Shown here one piece after another: positions 26,478 to 35,571 of a stretch of DNA of 64,000 nt. Under the pieces are notes generated by a model that was not told the origin of the DNA, did no database searches, and was given only the letters and a program-made list of their open reading frames with translations. The DNA is from a virus (taxonomy: Duplodnaviria; Heunggongvirae; Uroviricota; Caudoviricetes). The stretch lies in the IMG/VR virus record IMGVR_UViG_3300042946_000906, one strand, 5' to 3'. The number at the start of each line of letters is the position of its first letter. Position 1 is the stretch's first letter. Position numbers and translations under genes: made by a program.

Positions 26478-27202
26478 AAACATTTGTAATAGGAGATGTG
26501 CACGGTAATCATCGTGCACTTCTACAATGTCTTGAGAAATCAGGATTCGATAAAGAAAATGACAAATTAATATCGCTTGGCGATATTGCAGACGGTTGGA
26601 GCGAGGTTTCTGAGTGTGTTGACACTCTGTTATCAATTAAAAATTTGATTGCCATACGAGGCAATCATGACGTTTGGTGTTATGATTGGTTTGAATACGG
26701 AAGAACACCTCTTATTTGGTCAGCGCAAGGTGGTGCTGCGACTATGGAAGGTTATGTTCGCACTGGTAAACTTGTTGAACAGTCTCATAAAGATTTTTGG
26801 AAAAACCAAATAGACTATTACATTGATGATGAAAACAGATTGTTTATTCATGGCGGATGGGATTACATGGAAGGATTTCCACGTGGTGCAATGTTGTCAG
26901 TAAATGCAGGAAGTCTTGCTAAAGAATGTCATTGGGACAGAAGTTTATTAATGGGTGCTAAATCTGCATTTGGTAACAAGATGTCAAGAAATGGTAAGTT
27001 CAAAGCACTTGAAGAATTTAAAGAAATCTACATTGGACACACTGCAGAAAATGATGGACCTAATCAGTATGGAAATCTATGGAACCTGGACACAGGTGCT
27101 GGATGGAATGGTAAACTTACAATCATGGATGTTGACAGTAAAGAGTTTTGGCAATCTGACTTTGCTACTTTATTGTATCCTGAAGAACGCGGAAGAGGAT
27201 AA
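26474..27202 (+). CDS. Ser/Thr protein phosphatase-type metallophosphoesterase (lambda PPase-like)
   Basis: GDVHG (motif I), GDIADGW (GDxxDRG-like), GNHD (GNHE-like), followed by the HGG and GH motifs. Confidence 0.75.
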   Translation: MKTFVIGDVHGNHRALLQCLEKSGFDKENDKLISLGDIADGWSEVSECVDTLLSIKNLIAIRGNHDVWCYDWFEYGRTPLIWSAQGGAATMEGYVRTGKLVEQSHKDFWKNQIDYYIDDENRLFIHGGWDYMEGFPRGAMLSVNAGSLAKECHWDRSLLMGAKSAFGNKMSRNGKFKALEEFKEIYIGHTAENDGPNQYGNLWNLDTGAGWNGKLTIMDVDSKEFWQSDFATLLYPEERGRG

Positions 27203-28053
27203 TGGAAATAAAAAAACAGAAAACAAAAACTTTAGTTACCAGAGATAATGGGAGGAGTAGCGATGCTATTTCTCCCAATTTTATTTATGGATGTTTAGGT
27301 GGATGCATGAAATCGTATTGTTATGTAGGTAGATTTAACAACAACAAGTTATTTCTAAATGAAAACACAGAACAAATATTAGCATCTATAAACAAATGGG
27401 CAGAACCACAGCCAATGCCTAAGATACCTAATCAAATTGATGACAAGTATTACTGTATTGATATTGGATGCAGTACGGATGTAGCATTACATGGTAAATA
27501 TTACCAGTGGCAACAAGTGTTTGAGTTTTTTAACACGCATCCAAAATTAAAAAGCACTTTTGCTACAAAGTATCCTACTAAATTTAGATTAGATGATTAT
27601 ACTCTGGTTCCTGGTAAACACAGGATCAGAGTAAGTTTGATGCCTCAGAAATATGCAGATGTACTGGAACCAAATACAGATAGTATTGCTGATAGAATTG
27701 CAATGATTCCTAAGCTGCAAGAGAAGATGGAAGTACATATTAATTTTAGTCCTATCATATATGAAGAAGGATGGTTAGACGAGTATATAAATCTTTTTGA
27801 GTTACTAAAAACTGCAGGTATTAATGTACCATGCGAATGTATCTTCTTGACGTATAATGATACATCTTATCAGAACGCAGATGACGCTGTAAACGCCTTG
27901 TGCTGGAAACCAGAAATACAAGAAAAGAAAGATTCGCAATATGCTGCAGATAACATTAGATACAAATATCAGTTAAAAGCAAAAATGATTGATGATTTTA
28001 AAAAACTGTATGCTGAGTATTTTGATCCTAAAAACATTAGGTATATATTTTAA
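27202..28053 (+). CDS. hypothetical protein with SplB/radical-SAM-like Cys cluster (283 aa)
   Basis: NFIYGCLGGCMKSYCYVGR resembles the COG1533/SplB motif (npyrGCshgCiYCY) but with C-x3-C-x4-C spacing. Confidence 0.5.
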   Translation: MEIKKQKTKTLVTRDNGRSSDAISPNFIYGCLGGCMKSYCYVGRFNNNKLFLNENTEQILASINKWAEPQPMPKIPNQIDDKYYCIDIGCSTDVALHGKYYQWQQVFEFFNTHPKLKSTFATKYPTKFRLDDYTLVPGKHRIRVSLMPQKYADVLEPNTDSIADRIAMIPKLQEKMEVHINFSPIIYEEGWLDEYINLFELLKTAGINVPCECIFLTYNDTSYQNADDAVNALCWKPEIQEKKDSQYAADNIRYKYQLKAKMIDDFKKLYAEYFDPKNIRYIF

Positions 28054-28057
28054 TAGA

Positions 28058-28083
28058 AAAACCCCCAGGAATGGGGGTCTTTC
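28058..28083. terminator. bidirectional hairpin terminator between convergent genes
   Basis: AAAAACCCCCA-GGAA-TGGGGGTCTTTC; A-run upstream and T-run downstream so it can work on either strand. Confidence 0.55.
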
Positions 28084-28129
28084 AACAGAAGAGAGAAGAA
28101 ATCAACTAACTATAAAGAACAGTTGTTTA

Positions 28130-28546
28130 CTAAATCTTCGCAAGTTGGAAATGCATTCCATCCTTACGTGTCCACGTACCTCCCCAATCAAATCCTGCAT
28201 CTGTAAAACATTTTACAAATCCTGCAGATAACACTGGTGTTTTACCAAGACCATTCCATGCAGCATTAACATCAATAGCAATTGCCCATGAGTGTAATGA
28301 CATGCTTGTTAAACCTCTTTTCTTTCTGATATTAAAACATCCATCCCATGTTTTTAGTTCTTTTACAAAACCTGTTGCAATAAGATTTTTAAATGCTTGC
28401 GTGAGAGGCGCAACTAAATCTTTGTTACAATACAATCTTTTAGGTATAACACCTATTTCTAATTCTGTTGGTACATCCCATAGAATCATGTTGCGTTCTA
28501 ATGTAGGATCACCATATTTTTTTAAACATTGTGCACTTGTTACCAT
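28130..28546 (-). CDS. endolysin, peptidase M15 (L-alanyl-D-glutamate / D-Ala-D-Ala carboxypeptidase family)
   Basis: Zn-binding motifs SLHSWAIAIDV (H..D) and DGMHFQ (the family's DxxHxE-type signature). Confidence 0.7.
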   Translation of the reverse strand: MVTSAQCLKKYGDPTLERNMILWDVPTELEIGVIPKRLYCNKDLVAPLTQAFKNLIATGFVKELKTWDGCFNIRKKRGLTSMSLHSWAIAIDVNAAWNGLGKTPVLSAGFVKCFTDAGFDWGGTWTRKDGMHFQLAKI

Positions 28547-28552
28547 TGGTTA

Positions 28553-29176
28553 TTATTTTTTAAATGAAATTTTCCAGTATGCTCCAACACCATAAGTAAA
28601 TGTACCGTCAAAGTTTATTCCAATATTTGCTTGGTATATTTGGTCTTTTTTGGTTTTGTATAATACGCCTGGAGTTAATAATTGAACAGCATTTTTATCA
28701 CCAAAGATATTTCCTCCTATGTATAATTGACGTACAGGTTCTTTTTCTTTAGTTATAGTTACCGTTTTTGTCACAAAAGGTATTTTGTAATCGTATATTT
28801 TGGTTCTTTTACCAAGTTTGTTTAACCAAACAGTATCAATTACAACAATAGTTCCAAGACTGTCAAGTTTTAAAGTATCTTGATAAACTCTTCGAGCAAT
28901 GTGTTGTTTAAGTAAATAGTTAAATCTTGCTCTGCAGGTGTCTATATGCTCACCTGAAGTGTATTCTGGCGCATCTGGTTTTACAGTATCATGTATTGTA
29001 TGATATACAGTATTTTGTACAGTATCATGCACATGCTTGTAAACTGTATCGTATTTTATCTCTACTTTAGGATCAGCAACAACTACTTTATCTCCTGAAC
29101 AAGATCTTTGTAGAAAAATTATTAGGACAAGAAGTCCTATTAATATATAATTAAAGTATGGTTTTATATTTTTCAT
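28553..29176 (-). CDS. membrane-anchored lysis-cassette protein (207 aa; spanin-like or other lysis accessory)
   Basis: N-terminal TM/signal anchor (YILIGLLVLIIFLQRSCSG) then a soluble domain; sits between holin-like and endolysin genes; 4-nt overlap with the holin-like gene. Confidence 0.45.
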   Translation of the reverse strand: MKNIKPYFNYILIGLLVLIIFLQRSCSGDKVVVADPKVEIKYDTVYKHVHDTVQNTVYHTIHDTVKPDAPEYTSGEHIDTCRARFNYLLKQHIARRVYQDTLKLDSLGTIVVIDTVWLNKLGKRTKIYDYKIPFVTKTVTITKEKEPVRQLYIGGNIFGDKNAVQLLTPGVLYKTKKDQIYQANIGINFDGTFTYGVGAYWKISFKK

Positions 29177-29616
29177 TCTTGCGGGTTTGTTATATCAACG
29201 TCTTCTTTTACTTCTCTTGCTCTTCGTATGGCGTTTTTAATAATCTTCCATATTTTTATATTAAGAGCCTCTTCTATATTTTCTTTAATTGAAGTTCCTT
29301 CAATAAGAATTATTACAATGCAAACAAGTTTAGTAGCAAAATATTGCACTGAAATAAGACGAATAAGTAAATCATTTAACAAAAACTCATCTATTGGAAA
29401 AAGTAAGACAATACATATCTCATACAACAACATTTTACTAATAATGTTAGACAATATTCTACTTCTAATAGAACTCCAACCTCTTAATTTTACTGATCTA
29501 AATATTCCTGTGAATGTGTCTAATAAAACAATTAACCCAACAGTAATAACCAATCCTGTGATTGGTGAAAAGAAAAGTAACAGTCCTGCTAATGCATTTA
29601 ATAGGTACGTTTTCAT
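29173..29616 (-). CDS. holin-like multi-TM membrane protein (147 aa)
   Basis: Three to four hydrophobic helices with a charged C-terminus (RRAREVKEDVDITNPQE); first gene of the lysis cassette. Confidence 0.5.
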   Translation of the reverse strand: MKTYLLNALAGLLLFFSPITGLVITVGLIVLLDTFTGIFRSVKLRGWSSIRSRILSNIISKMLLYEICIVLLFPIDEFLLNDLLIRLISVQYFATKLVCIVIILIEGTSIKENIEEALNIKIWKIIKNAIRRAREVKEDVDITNPQE

Positions 29617-29872
29617 GAAAAATTTAATATATAATAATACTTGGTATGTGTCGTCATTATTAATATACTAAAAACTTTAAAAATATCCATATAATTCATT
29701 TACTATTTGATTTTTTATTTTGATATTTGCATTCTCGCTTTGAAAAGCTGTTTTTTATCCTTATCTTGAAGTAGTGAGACTGAAAAAATTAGAAAAATCA
29801 GCTATTTTCTGCAAAAAATGAAAATCTTAACACAATTCACTTAATAAATAACACTTTAAACCCAATCTCATT

Positions 29873-31732
29873 ATGCAATTAGACAAGCAAATTTTGAGCG
29901 AAATAACTGTGCATACAAAGTATGCTAAGTTTTTACCAGAACAGGAACGTAGAGAATCCTGGCAAGAGCTGGTAACACGCAATCGTGACATGCATCTTCG
30001 TAAATTTCCTGAACTGGCTGTGGAAATTAAAAACGTATACGATGAATTCGTATACACCAAAAAGATTTTACCATCAATGCGTTCGTTGCAGTTTGGTGGT
30101 AGAGCAATTGAGTTAAACAATGCTCGTATATACAACTGTGCATTTTTACCTGTTGACAGCATTCATAGTTTTTCTGAGACTATGTTTTTATTACTTGGTG
30201 GAACCGGAGTAGGATACTCTGTACAAGGACATCATATTGAAAAACTTCCTGAAATTAGAAAACCTAATTACAATAGAAAGAAAAGATATGTTGTTCAAGA
30301 TAGTATTATTGGATGGGGTGATGCTGTTAAAACTTTGTTCAAATCATATACAGGAGGAGTTACATCTCATATTGAATTTGATTTGTCAGACATTAGACCA
30401 AAAGGTGCTTTATTAATTACTGCAGGTGGTAAAGCTCCAGGACCAGAACCATTACGTATCGCGTTAGTAAAAATTGAAGCAATACTTCGTGAAAAAGAAG
30501 ATGGTTCAAAACTTACAGACATCGAGTGTCACGATATTCAGTGTCATATTGCAGATGCTGTACTTGCAGGTGGTATCCGTAGAGCTGCAATGATCAGTTT
30601 GTTTGATTTACATAGTATGCAAATGCTAAATTGTAAAGCTGGTAACTGGTGGGAAAATAATCCACAGCGTGGTAGAGCAAATAACTCAGTTGTATTGCAA
30701 CGTCACATGATTGATAAGAAGACATTTGATATGGTATGGGAAAGAATCGAGGCATCTGGATCCGGGGAACCTGGAATATATCTTACTAATGATAAAGACT
30801 GGGGTACTAATCCATGTTGTGAGATTGCACTACGACCATATCAGTTCTGTAACCTTGTAGAAATAAATATGGGTGAAATTACTAATCAAGATGATTTGAA
30901 TAGTCGCGCACGTGCTGCATCATTTCTTGCAACCTTGCAAGCATCTTACACAGATTTTCATTATTTACGTGATATCTGGAGAAAAAACACTGAAAAAGAT
31001 GCATTACTTGGTGTATCAATGACAGGAATTGCTTCCAAATCTAATATGGAATTGAACTATGTTGAAGCTACAACACATGTAGTTGCAATGAATAAGACAA
31101 TTGCTGAAAAAATTGGAATCAATGTTGCTGCAAGAACCACTGCAGTTAAACCTGCTGGTACTACTTCTCTTGTATTAGGTACGTCTTCTGGTATTCATGC
31201 ATGGCACAATGATTATTATATTCGTCGCATGCGTTTAGGTAAAAACGAAGCTATCTACACCTATCTTGCAATTAATCATCCTGAACTTCTTGAGGATGAA
31301 TATTTTAATCCTAATTCACAATCTGTTATTTCTGTTCCACAAAAAGCACCTGAAGGAGCAATTACACGTCACGAGTCTACATTAGATTTACTTGAAAGAG
31401 TAAAAACAATTTCCAAAGACTGGGTAAAACCTGGACACTTTAAAGGACAAAATACACACAATGTATCTTGTACAGTTTCTGTTAGACCTGGAGAATGGAA
31501 AATTGTTGGTGAATGGATGTGGGCAAACAAAGAATACTACAATGGATTGTCTGTACTTCCTTATGATGGTGGTACATATAAGCAAACTCCATTTGAAGAT
31601 TGTACCAAGGAACAATACGAACAAATGATGCTTACTCTAAAAGACGTTGATTTATCTAAAGTAATTGAAGTAGCTGATACTACAAACTTTGGAGAATCAG
31701 TTGCTTGTGGAGGAGCAGGATGCGAAGTATAA
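29873..31732 (+). CDS. nrdJ: ribonucleotide reductase, class II (adenosylcobalamin-dependent, NrdJ-like)
   Basis: Active-site finger TNPCCEIALRPYQFCNLVEIN (NPC[GC]E...CNL) plus a C-terminal Cys pair (CGGAGCEV) for re-reduction. Confidence 0.7.
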   Translation: MQLDKQILSEITVHTKYAKFLPEQERRESWQELVTRNRDMHLRKFPELAVEIKNVYDEFVYTKKILPSMRSLQFGGRAIELNNARIYNCAFLPVDSIHSFSETMFLLLGGTGVGYSVQGHHIEKLPEIRKPNYNRKKRYVVQDSIIGWGDAVKTLFKSYTGGVTSHIEFDLSDIRPKGALLITAGGKAPGPEPLRIALVKIEAILREKEDGSKLTDIECHDIQCHIADAVLAGGIRRAAMISLFDLHSMQMLNCKAGNWWENNPQRGRANNSVVLQRHMIDKKTFDMVWERIEASGSGEPGIYLTNDKDWGTNPCCEIALRPYQFCNLVEINMGEITNQDDLNSRARAASFLATLQASYTDFHYLRDIWRKNTEKDALLGVSMTGIASKSNMELNYVEATTHVVAMNKTIAEKIGINVAARTTAVKPAGTTSLVLGTSSGIHAWHNDYYIRRMRLGKNEAIYTYLAINHPELLEDEYFNPNSQSVISVPQKAPEGAITRHESTLDLLERVKTISKDWVKPGHFKGQNTHNVSCTVSVRPGEWKIVGEWMWANKEYYNGLSVLPYDGGTYKQTPFEDCTKEQYEQMMLTLKDVDLSKVIEVADTTNFGESVACGGAGCEV

Positions 31733-31747
31733 TGCATACATATTTAG

Positions 31748-31776
31748 GAAGAGAGTGTTGGGTATACACTCTCTTC
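31748..31776 (+). other. perfect 11-bp stem-loop (GAAGAGAGTGT-TGGGTAT-ACACTCTCTTC) without a U-tract
   Basis: Seen directly in the 66-nt gap after nrdJ. Confidence 0.4.
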
Positions 31777-31798
31777 ATCACAAGTAAATTATTTAAAC

Positions 31799-32419
31799 AT
31801 GAAAGACTTTTATGATCATCTCGTAAAAAATGAAACAACTCCAAATGGGTTGTTTGTGCTACACTGTTTACATAAGAGTTATAGTTACCAAAATTATGTG
31901 AATACTTTAACAGAACTATACAGATTAGAAATGCATGGTTTTGTTGCTAAAAAGGAAAACGAGTTTGGTTCATCTTATGTAATTACAACTAAAGGTCTTC
32001 ACTTGTTAAAAGAGTCTGAAGATATTTTGATTCGAAACAAAAGAATTAAAAAGAATGAAGTTCCATTTGAAGACTGGCAGGAAAAAATTATTGCATATAA
32101 TAATTTGTTTCCTAAAGGTAAAAAAGAAGGATCATCAGTAAGTTTTAGAACTAATCCAAAAGAACTATATGATAAATTCAAATGGTTCTTTGGTGAGTAT
32201 CCTGATTATGATTGGGATATGGTGTTTAAAGCAACTGCAGAATATGTGAAACCGTTTGATGAAACGTCAGATTATCAGTATATGCAGACTTCAAAGTATT
32301 TTATCCGGAAAGATGACAAGAATAAAAATACAACTTCTACACTTGGGACCATGTGTTACAATATAGTAGAAGGTAATCTTGATCAGGTTTCTGACAATTA
32401 CAAATACTTTGGTGATTAA
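31799..32419 (+). CDS. hypothetical protein (206 aa)
   Basis: Last gene of the + block before the convergent terminator. Confidence 0.5.
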   Translation: MKDFYDHLVKNETTPNGLFVLHCLHKSYSYQNYVNTLTELYRLEMHGFVAKKENEFGSSYVITTKGLHLLKESEDILIRNKRIKKNEVPFEDWQEKIIAYNNLFPKGKKEGSSVSFRTNPKELYDKFKWFFGEYPDYDWDMVFKATAEYVKPFDETSDYQYMQTSKYFIRKDDKNKNTTSTLGTMCYNIVEGNLDQVSDNYKYFGD

Positions 32420-32425
32420 AAAGAT

Positions 32426-32456
32426 AAGGGGGTTTAAACACCCCCTTTATTCTTTT
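32426..32456. terminator. bidirectional terminator between + block and minus-strand structural operon
   Basis: Perfect 8-bp stem AAGGGGGT-TTAAAC-ACCCCCTT followed by TATTCTTTT, and preceded by AAAAAGAT on the other strand. Confidence 0.6.
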
Positions 32457-32598
32457 ACTTTCCTTGTCCTCTGTACAATTTCTTGTAATTCTTTGAGGAT
32501 TTTAAAACAGATGTTTTAGTTTTACTATGAACACCTGGTCTTTTTACTTTTGGTCGCGCTTGAAACGTACCTGTTTGTGTTGTTTTTGCTTTTGCCAT
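32455..32598 (-). CDS. small highly basic protein (47 aa), not in the ORF track
   Basis: Hand translation MAKAKTTQTGTFQARPKVKRPGVHSKTKTSVLKSSKNYKKLYRGQGK. ATG overlaps the stop of the upstream micro-ORF (TAATG). Last ORF of the structural operon before the terminator. Confidence 0.4.
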   Translation of the reverse strand: MAKAKTTQTGTFQARPKVKRPGVHSKTKTSVLKSSKNYKKLYRGQGK

Positions 32599-32738
32599 TA
32601 TTCTTCAATTATTTGTTCGTTATTTTCAATTATTTCTTCAGTGATAATGACGTAGTCACCATGAGCTTCTGCTTCTAAAAGATCAAGAGTTTCTACATAC
32701 CCTTCTCCTACTATCATTCTGTATTTTGTAAGTATCAT
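32598..32738 (-). CDS. small acidic protein (46 aa), not in the ORF track
   Basis: MILTKYRMIVGEGYVETLDLLEAEAHGDYVIITEEIIENNEQIIEE. Starts 13 nt after the tail-fibre stop and is translationally coupled to the basic ORF. Confidence 0.35.
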   Translation of the reverse strand: MILTKYRMIVGEGYVETLDLLEAEAHGDYVIITEEIIENNEQIIEE

Positions 32739-32750
32739 AATATTTAATTT

Positions 32751-35537
32751 TTAATTTAACGCACCTCTTGTCGATGCTATTATGGTAAATCCAAGATAAT
32801 CAACAGTTATCATTTCTGTTGGTACAGTTATTGATACTGATGAAAAAGCTAACGCACTACCAGTTAAAAGTGCTGTTGGTATATTTGTTGTTAATGTGTC
32901 ACTCCATAACAATGCACCAGCCATGTTGTATAAACTGTATTCTATTAAATTTGTCGCCTTATACAAAACTCTCATGTGAAACCATATTCCACCATTTGAT
33001 ATAGGAAAAAAAGTTCCTGTTTGACTTCTTACTGATGCATTTGCTGTTTTTCCATATAATTGATTATCAACAATTTCCATATAAAAACCTTGTGAGGCAT
33101 CTGTAACAGTATTTGTAGCAACCATAAAACCTGCTCTAATTGTAGAACCTATTCCAATTATAGTATTTGGTGTTCTAAAAACTAAATCCATTTGCATTCC
33201 AATTGTTGGAAATATATTACCAATTGATAGCGAGTTTGTAGTAAAAAAACCACCACTGCTTGCTGTTGCTGATGATGAAATTCTCAACATCCCCGGATTT
33301 GTTCCATTAAAATAAGGCGCTACTGTAATTGATCCTGAAAGATACGTACCAGATGAAAAAGGTTGAATAGCTTGAGTTGCCAAACCAATAAAATCTGAAC
33401 TAAGAACTCTTGATACTTGTCGTAGTCTAAATTCTTCTGATCTATTTTCCCAAAGTGTAGTAGTTTTATTGTACAATAATGAATCACCATTATTTGGAGT
33501 ATTACTTATCAAGTCCACATTATGAAGCTCTTGTAACTCATACCCATTTTGCACCCTTACATACATTCTACCCGCACTTCCATTTGAAGCTGTTGTTACA
33601 ACACCTAAATAAACTAAATGATTAGGTGCATAAGGTTTAACATTTGTAATTGTTCCTGCTGTTGCACCAAGATATACAGGATCCCCATCATTCCAAGTTG
33701 ATGTAGGTAAAATACTTAATCCATCCAACAATCCTTGCATCATTATCAACCCCTTTTGATTAACACCAATAGATGTAGACAATACTAATCCAACTGTTTG
33801 AGCAGATGTCGCATCACTTGTATTATTTGCTCTTTTTACAGTCATTCTGTCTCCTGTTCCGCTAAAAGCATAAACAGGCATTCCTTTAGTTAGAGTAACG
33901 GAATCATCATTCGTAACATAAGACAATAAACTATTTGGAGCAGTTCCAATAACTTGAAACCTACTTGTTGTTGAATTATACACACAAAGCATTTCGCCTC
34001 CATTAATAATATCACCACCGATTAAAACACCATCATTATTTCTATATAAAGGTATTGCGCCAAGTGAATTTATATTTAGTGTTGCACTCGTAGTATTTCC
34101 ATTTGTAAATCTAATCAAGTAGGCATCAGCATCATTATAAGCAGTAACTCCTGTAATTGTAGCAGTATATGTGTCAGTTCCGGATGCTGTTGCGTGAGGT
34201 ATTCCGCCACCTGTTGCACTTGCATTTAATGTTCCTCCTGATAAAGTTAATCCTGTGCCAATAGTTATTTCTTCCATTACACCTGTACCTGCTGTGCTTC
34301 TACCAATAAGTTTATTAGTAGCCATAGATGTAGATATAACAGGCGTTGTTCCTCCTGAAGATGTTATAGGACTTGTAGCACTTACTGATGTTACACCAGA
34401 AGTAATCCAAGCAGTACCAGTTAAAGTTGAAGATAAAATTTGACCTGCTGTACCTGGTGAATTTGCTGAATCATATACTGCACCAGTAATTCTTGCATTA
34501 CCACTGACATGTAATTTTTGAGAAGGACTATTTGTTCCCATCCCAACATCACCTGCTTGAGTAATACGCATTCGCTCAGCACCATTAATTGTAAAAAGAT
34601 ATGCTGTTAAAGATTGTCCAAATAATGGGTTAAATTCTAATTGATTAGAAGTATTTATTTTAAAAACTGATAATGGTAAACCATCCGGTCTATAACTTAT
34701 GAAATGTCTATTATTATCTATTGCAATATTTCCATTTGTTATGGCAGCTTTTATAGAAAGTCCTGGATCAATTGCAGTTCCAACAAGTATTTTATTAGTT
34801 ATAGTATCTCCTGTATTATTAACACGAAATACACTATTTCCAATAACACCTGTGTACTTGATAAAATTTATAAAATCACCAGTATGCAGTGGTCTACTAT
34901 TTAATCTTATACCATCTGAAAGTGCAGAGGTGTCATCAAAGTCACCATAAAAACCAATATTTTCTGGACCAGAAACAGCAACATTGTATCCAGTCATTAT
35001 ACCATTTGCAGGTGCTGCTTTACCATTTATTCTTACAATTACTGCATCTGGAGTTCCTCCAGGTAAATTATAAAATGGCATATTGACATATAAGGTAGAA
35101 GGTACATTTGCAACATTACTTGCACCATAGTCACAATAAATTGTACCGTTTACGTCAAATCTAAAAGGTGTTGCAAAACTGATCGGTCTATTAACTATTA
35201 CCGAAGTACCATTGTCTTCTATAAGTGAATCGCCAATAGTTGTTGGTGTAAAAAATTTAGATACACGATTTGGTGTACCAGAACCTGTAATACCACCAAA
35301 AGAAGAAATTGCATTTTGTAATTTTTCTAATGCTGTAAGCACTGAATCTGCAGCAGTAATTGTACCAGGAATTGGTACAAATCCATCAAGAGGTCTATCA
35401 AGTACTACATCGTTTTCATTTGCACCATCATATAACTTAAAATATCCATTTTTAAGATAGAATTTTTTGAATCCTGGTTGCACAGAACCTGGGGATCCAA
35501 CGTAATTCGCTACATGTATTGGTACAAGATGCTTCAT
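32751..35537 (-). CDS. tail fibre / receptor-binding protein (928 aa)
   Basis: Gly/Ser/Thr/Asn-rich repetitive β-type sequence (…TGSGTPNRV…GTAWITSGVTSVSATSPITSSGGTTPVISTS…) typical of phage fibres; last large gene of the virion operon. Confidence 0.55.
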   Translation of the reverse strand: MKHLVPIHVANYVGSPGSVQPGFKKFYLKNGYFKLYDGANENDVVLDRPLDGFVPIPGTITAADSVLTALEKLQNAISSFGGITGSGTPNRVSKFFTPTTIGDSLIEDNGTSVIVNRPISFATPFRFDVNGTIYCDYGASNVANVPSTLYVNMPFYNLPGGTPDAVIVRINGKAAPANGIMTGYNVAVSGPENIGFYGDFDDTSALSDGIRLNSRPLHTGDFINFIKYTGVIGNSVFRVNNTGDTITNKILVGTAIDPGLSIKAAITNGNIAIDNNRHFISYRPDGLPLSVFKINTSNQLEFNPLFGQSLTAYLFTINGAERMRITQAGDVGMGTNSPSQKLHVSGNARITGAVYDSANSPGTAGQILSSTLTGTAWITSGVTSVSATSPITSSGGTTPVISTSMATNKLIGRSTAGTGVMEEITIGTGLTLSGGTLNASATGGGIPHATASGTDTYTATITGVTAYNDADAYLIRFTNGNTTSATLNINSLGAIPLYRNNDGVLIGGDIINGGEMLCVYNSTTSRFQVIGTAPNSLLSYVTNDDSVTLTKGMPVYAFSGTGDRMTVKRANNTSDATSAQTVGLVLSTSIGVNQKGLIMMQGLLDGLSILPTSTWNDGDPVYLGATAGTITNVKPYAPNHLVYLGVVTTASNGSAGRMYVRVQNGYELQELHNVDLISNTPNNGDSLLYNKTTTLWENRSEEFRLRQVSRVLSSDFIGLATQAIQPFSSGTYLSGSITVAPYFNGTNPGMLRISSSATASSGGFFTTNSLSIGNIFPTIGMQMDLVFRTPNTIIGIGSTIRAGFMVATNTVTDASQGFYMEIVDNQLYGKTANASVRSQTGTFFPISNGGIWFHMRVLYKATNLIEYSLYNMAGALLWSDTLTTNIPTALLTGSALAFSSVSITVPTEMITVDYLGFTIIASTRGALN

Positions 35538-35571
35538 AATATAAATAGTAAGTTATACTATAATATACGAA

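Noticed and set aside
29617-29872. Possible cobalamin riboswitch upstream of the B12-type ribonucleotide reductase
   Set aside because: B12 riboswitches normally repress B12-independent isozymes, not NrdJ. No B12-box-like consensus or conserved stems visible. More likely just the divergent promoter region.
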